Below are positions 63,945 to 64,000 of a DNA stretch of 64,000 nt, in pieces. Source of the stretch: an uncultured cyanobacterium (lineage in GTDB: Bacteria > Cyanobacteriota > Cyanobacteriia > Cyanobacteriales > Nostocaceae). The translations under genes were made by a program, and so were the position numbers. The notes below the pieces were generated by a model. It was given only the letters and a program-made list of their open reading frames with translations, had not been told where the DNA came from and made no database searches. Positions within the stretch are counted from its first letter, which is position 1. The number at the start of each line of letters is the position of its first letter. The stretch is from the NCBI GenBank assembly GCA_963706595.1, contig OY970166.1, positions 96,001 through 160,000 on the forward strand, read 5' to 3'.

Positions 63945-64000
63945 ACCATAACTCGCAACTGACAAAGGCTATAATAGCGTTCTTTTAACGAGTTATGAAT

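Overview
A mostly core-genome window from a heterocyst-forming filamentous cyanobacterium (Nostocales). The evidence is abundant HIP1 GCGATCGC octamers, heptameric STRR tandem repeats, psaFJL, and hetZ-patU. Gene order: gltA, sixA, DUF29, DHH phosphoesterase, HNH nuclease, a tnpB remnant, alr, tRNA-Leu, a five-gene chemosensory operon (patA-like/cheY/cheW/MCP/cheA), a putatively Zur-controlled CobW-like gene plus two atypical metallophosphoesterases, Uma2, dapB, cobH, an orphan 1100-aa SNF2/DpdE-like helicase, ribD, mreBCD, ssb, Na+/H+ antiporter, amiC, murI, sds, hetZ, split patU, a transglutaminase-like gene, rnc, remA, gmk, psaLJF, tsaD, tRNA-Pro, tic22, prmC, tsaC, a hepN-like kinase and secFD. 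There is no CRISPR array, prophage or intact IS. The best candidates for undescribed biology are (i) the zinc-starvation-like trio with Cys-substituted and pseudo-phosphoesterases, (ii) a GAF-less PixJ-type chemoreceptor, (iii) patU split by one in-frame stop, and (iv) tiny mobile elements, including in-frame insertions into HIP1 sites inside cheA and ribD and a MITE that duplicated a ribosome-binding site. Five apparent single-base frameshifts, most in short runs, suggest sequencing errors, so the pseudogene calls are tentative. All homology calls come from motif recognition and recalled literature, not from database searches.
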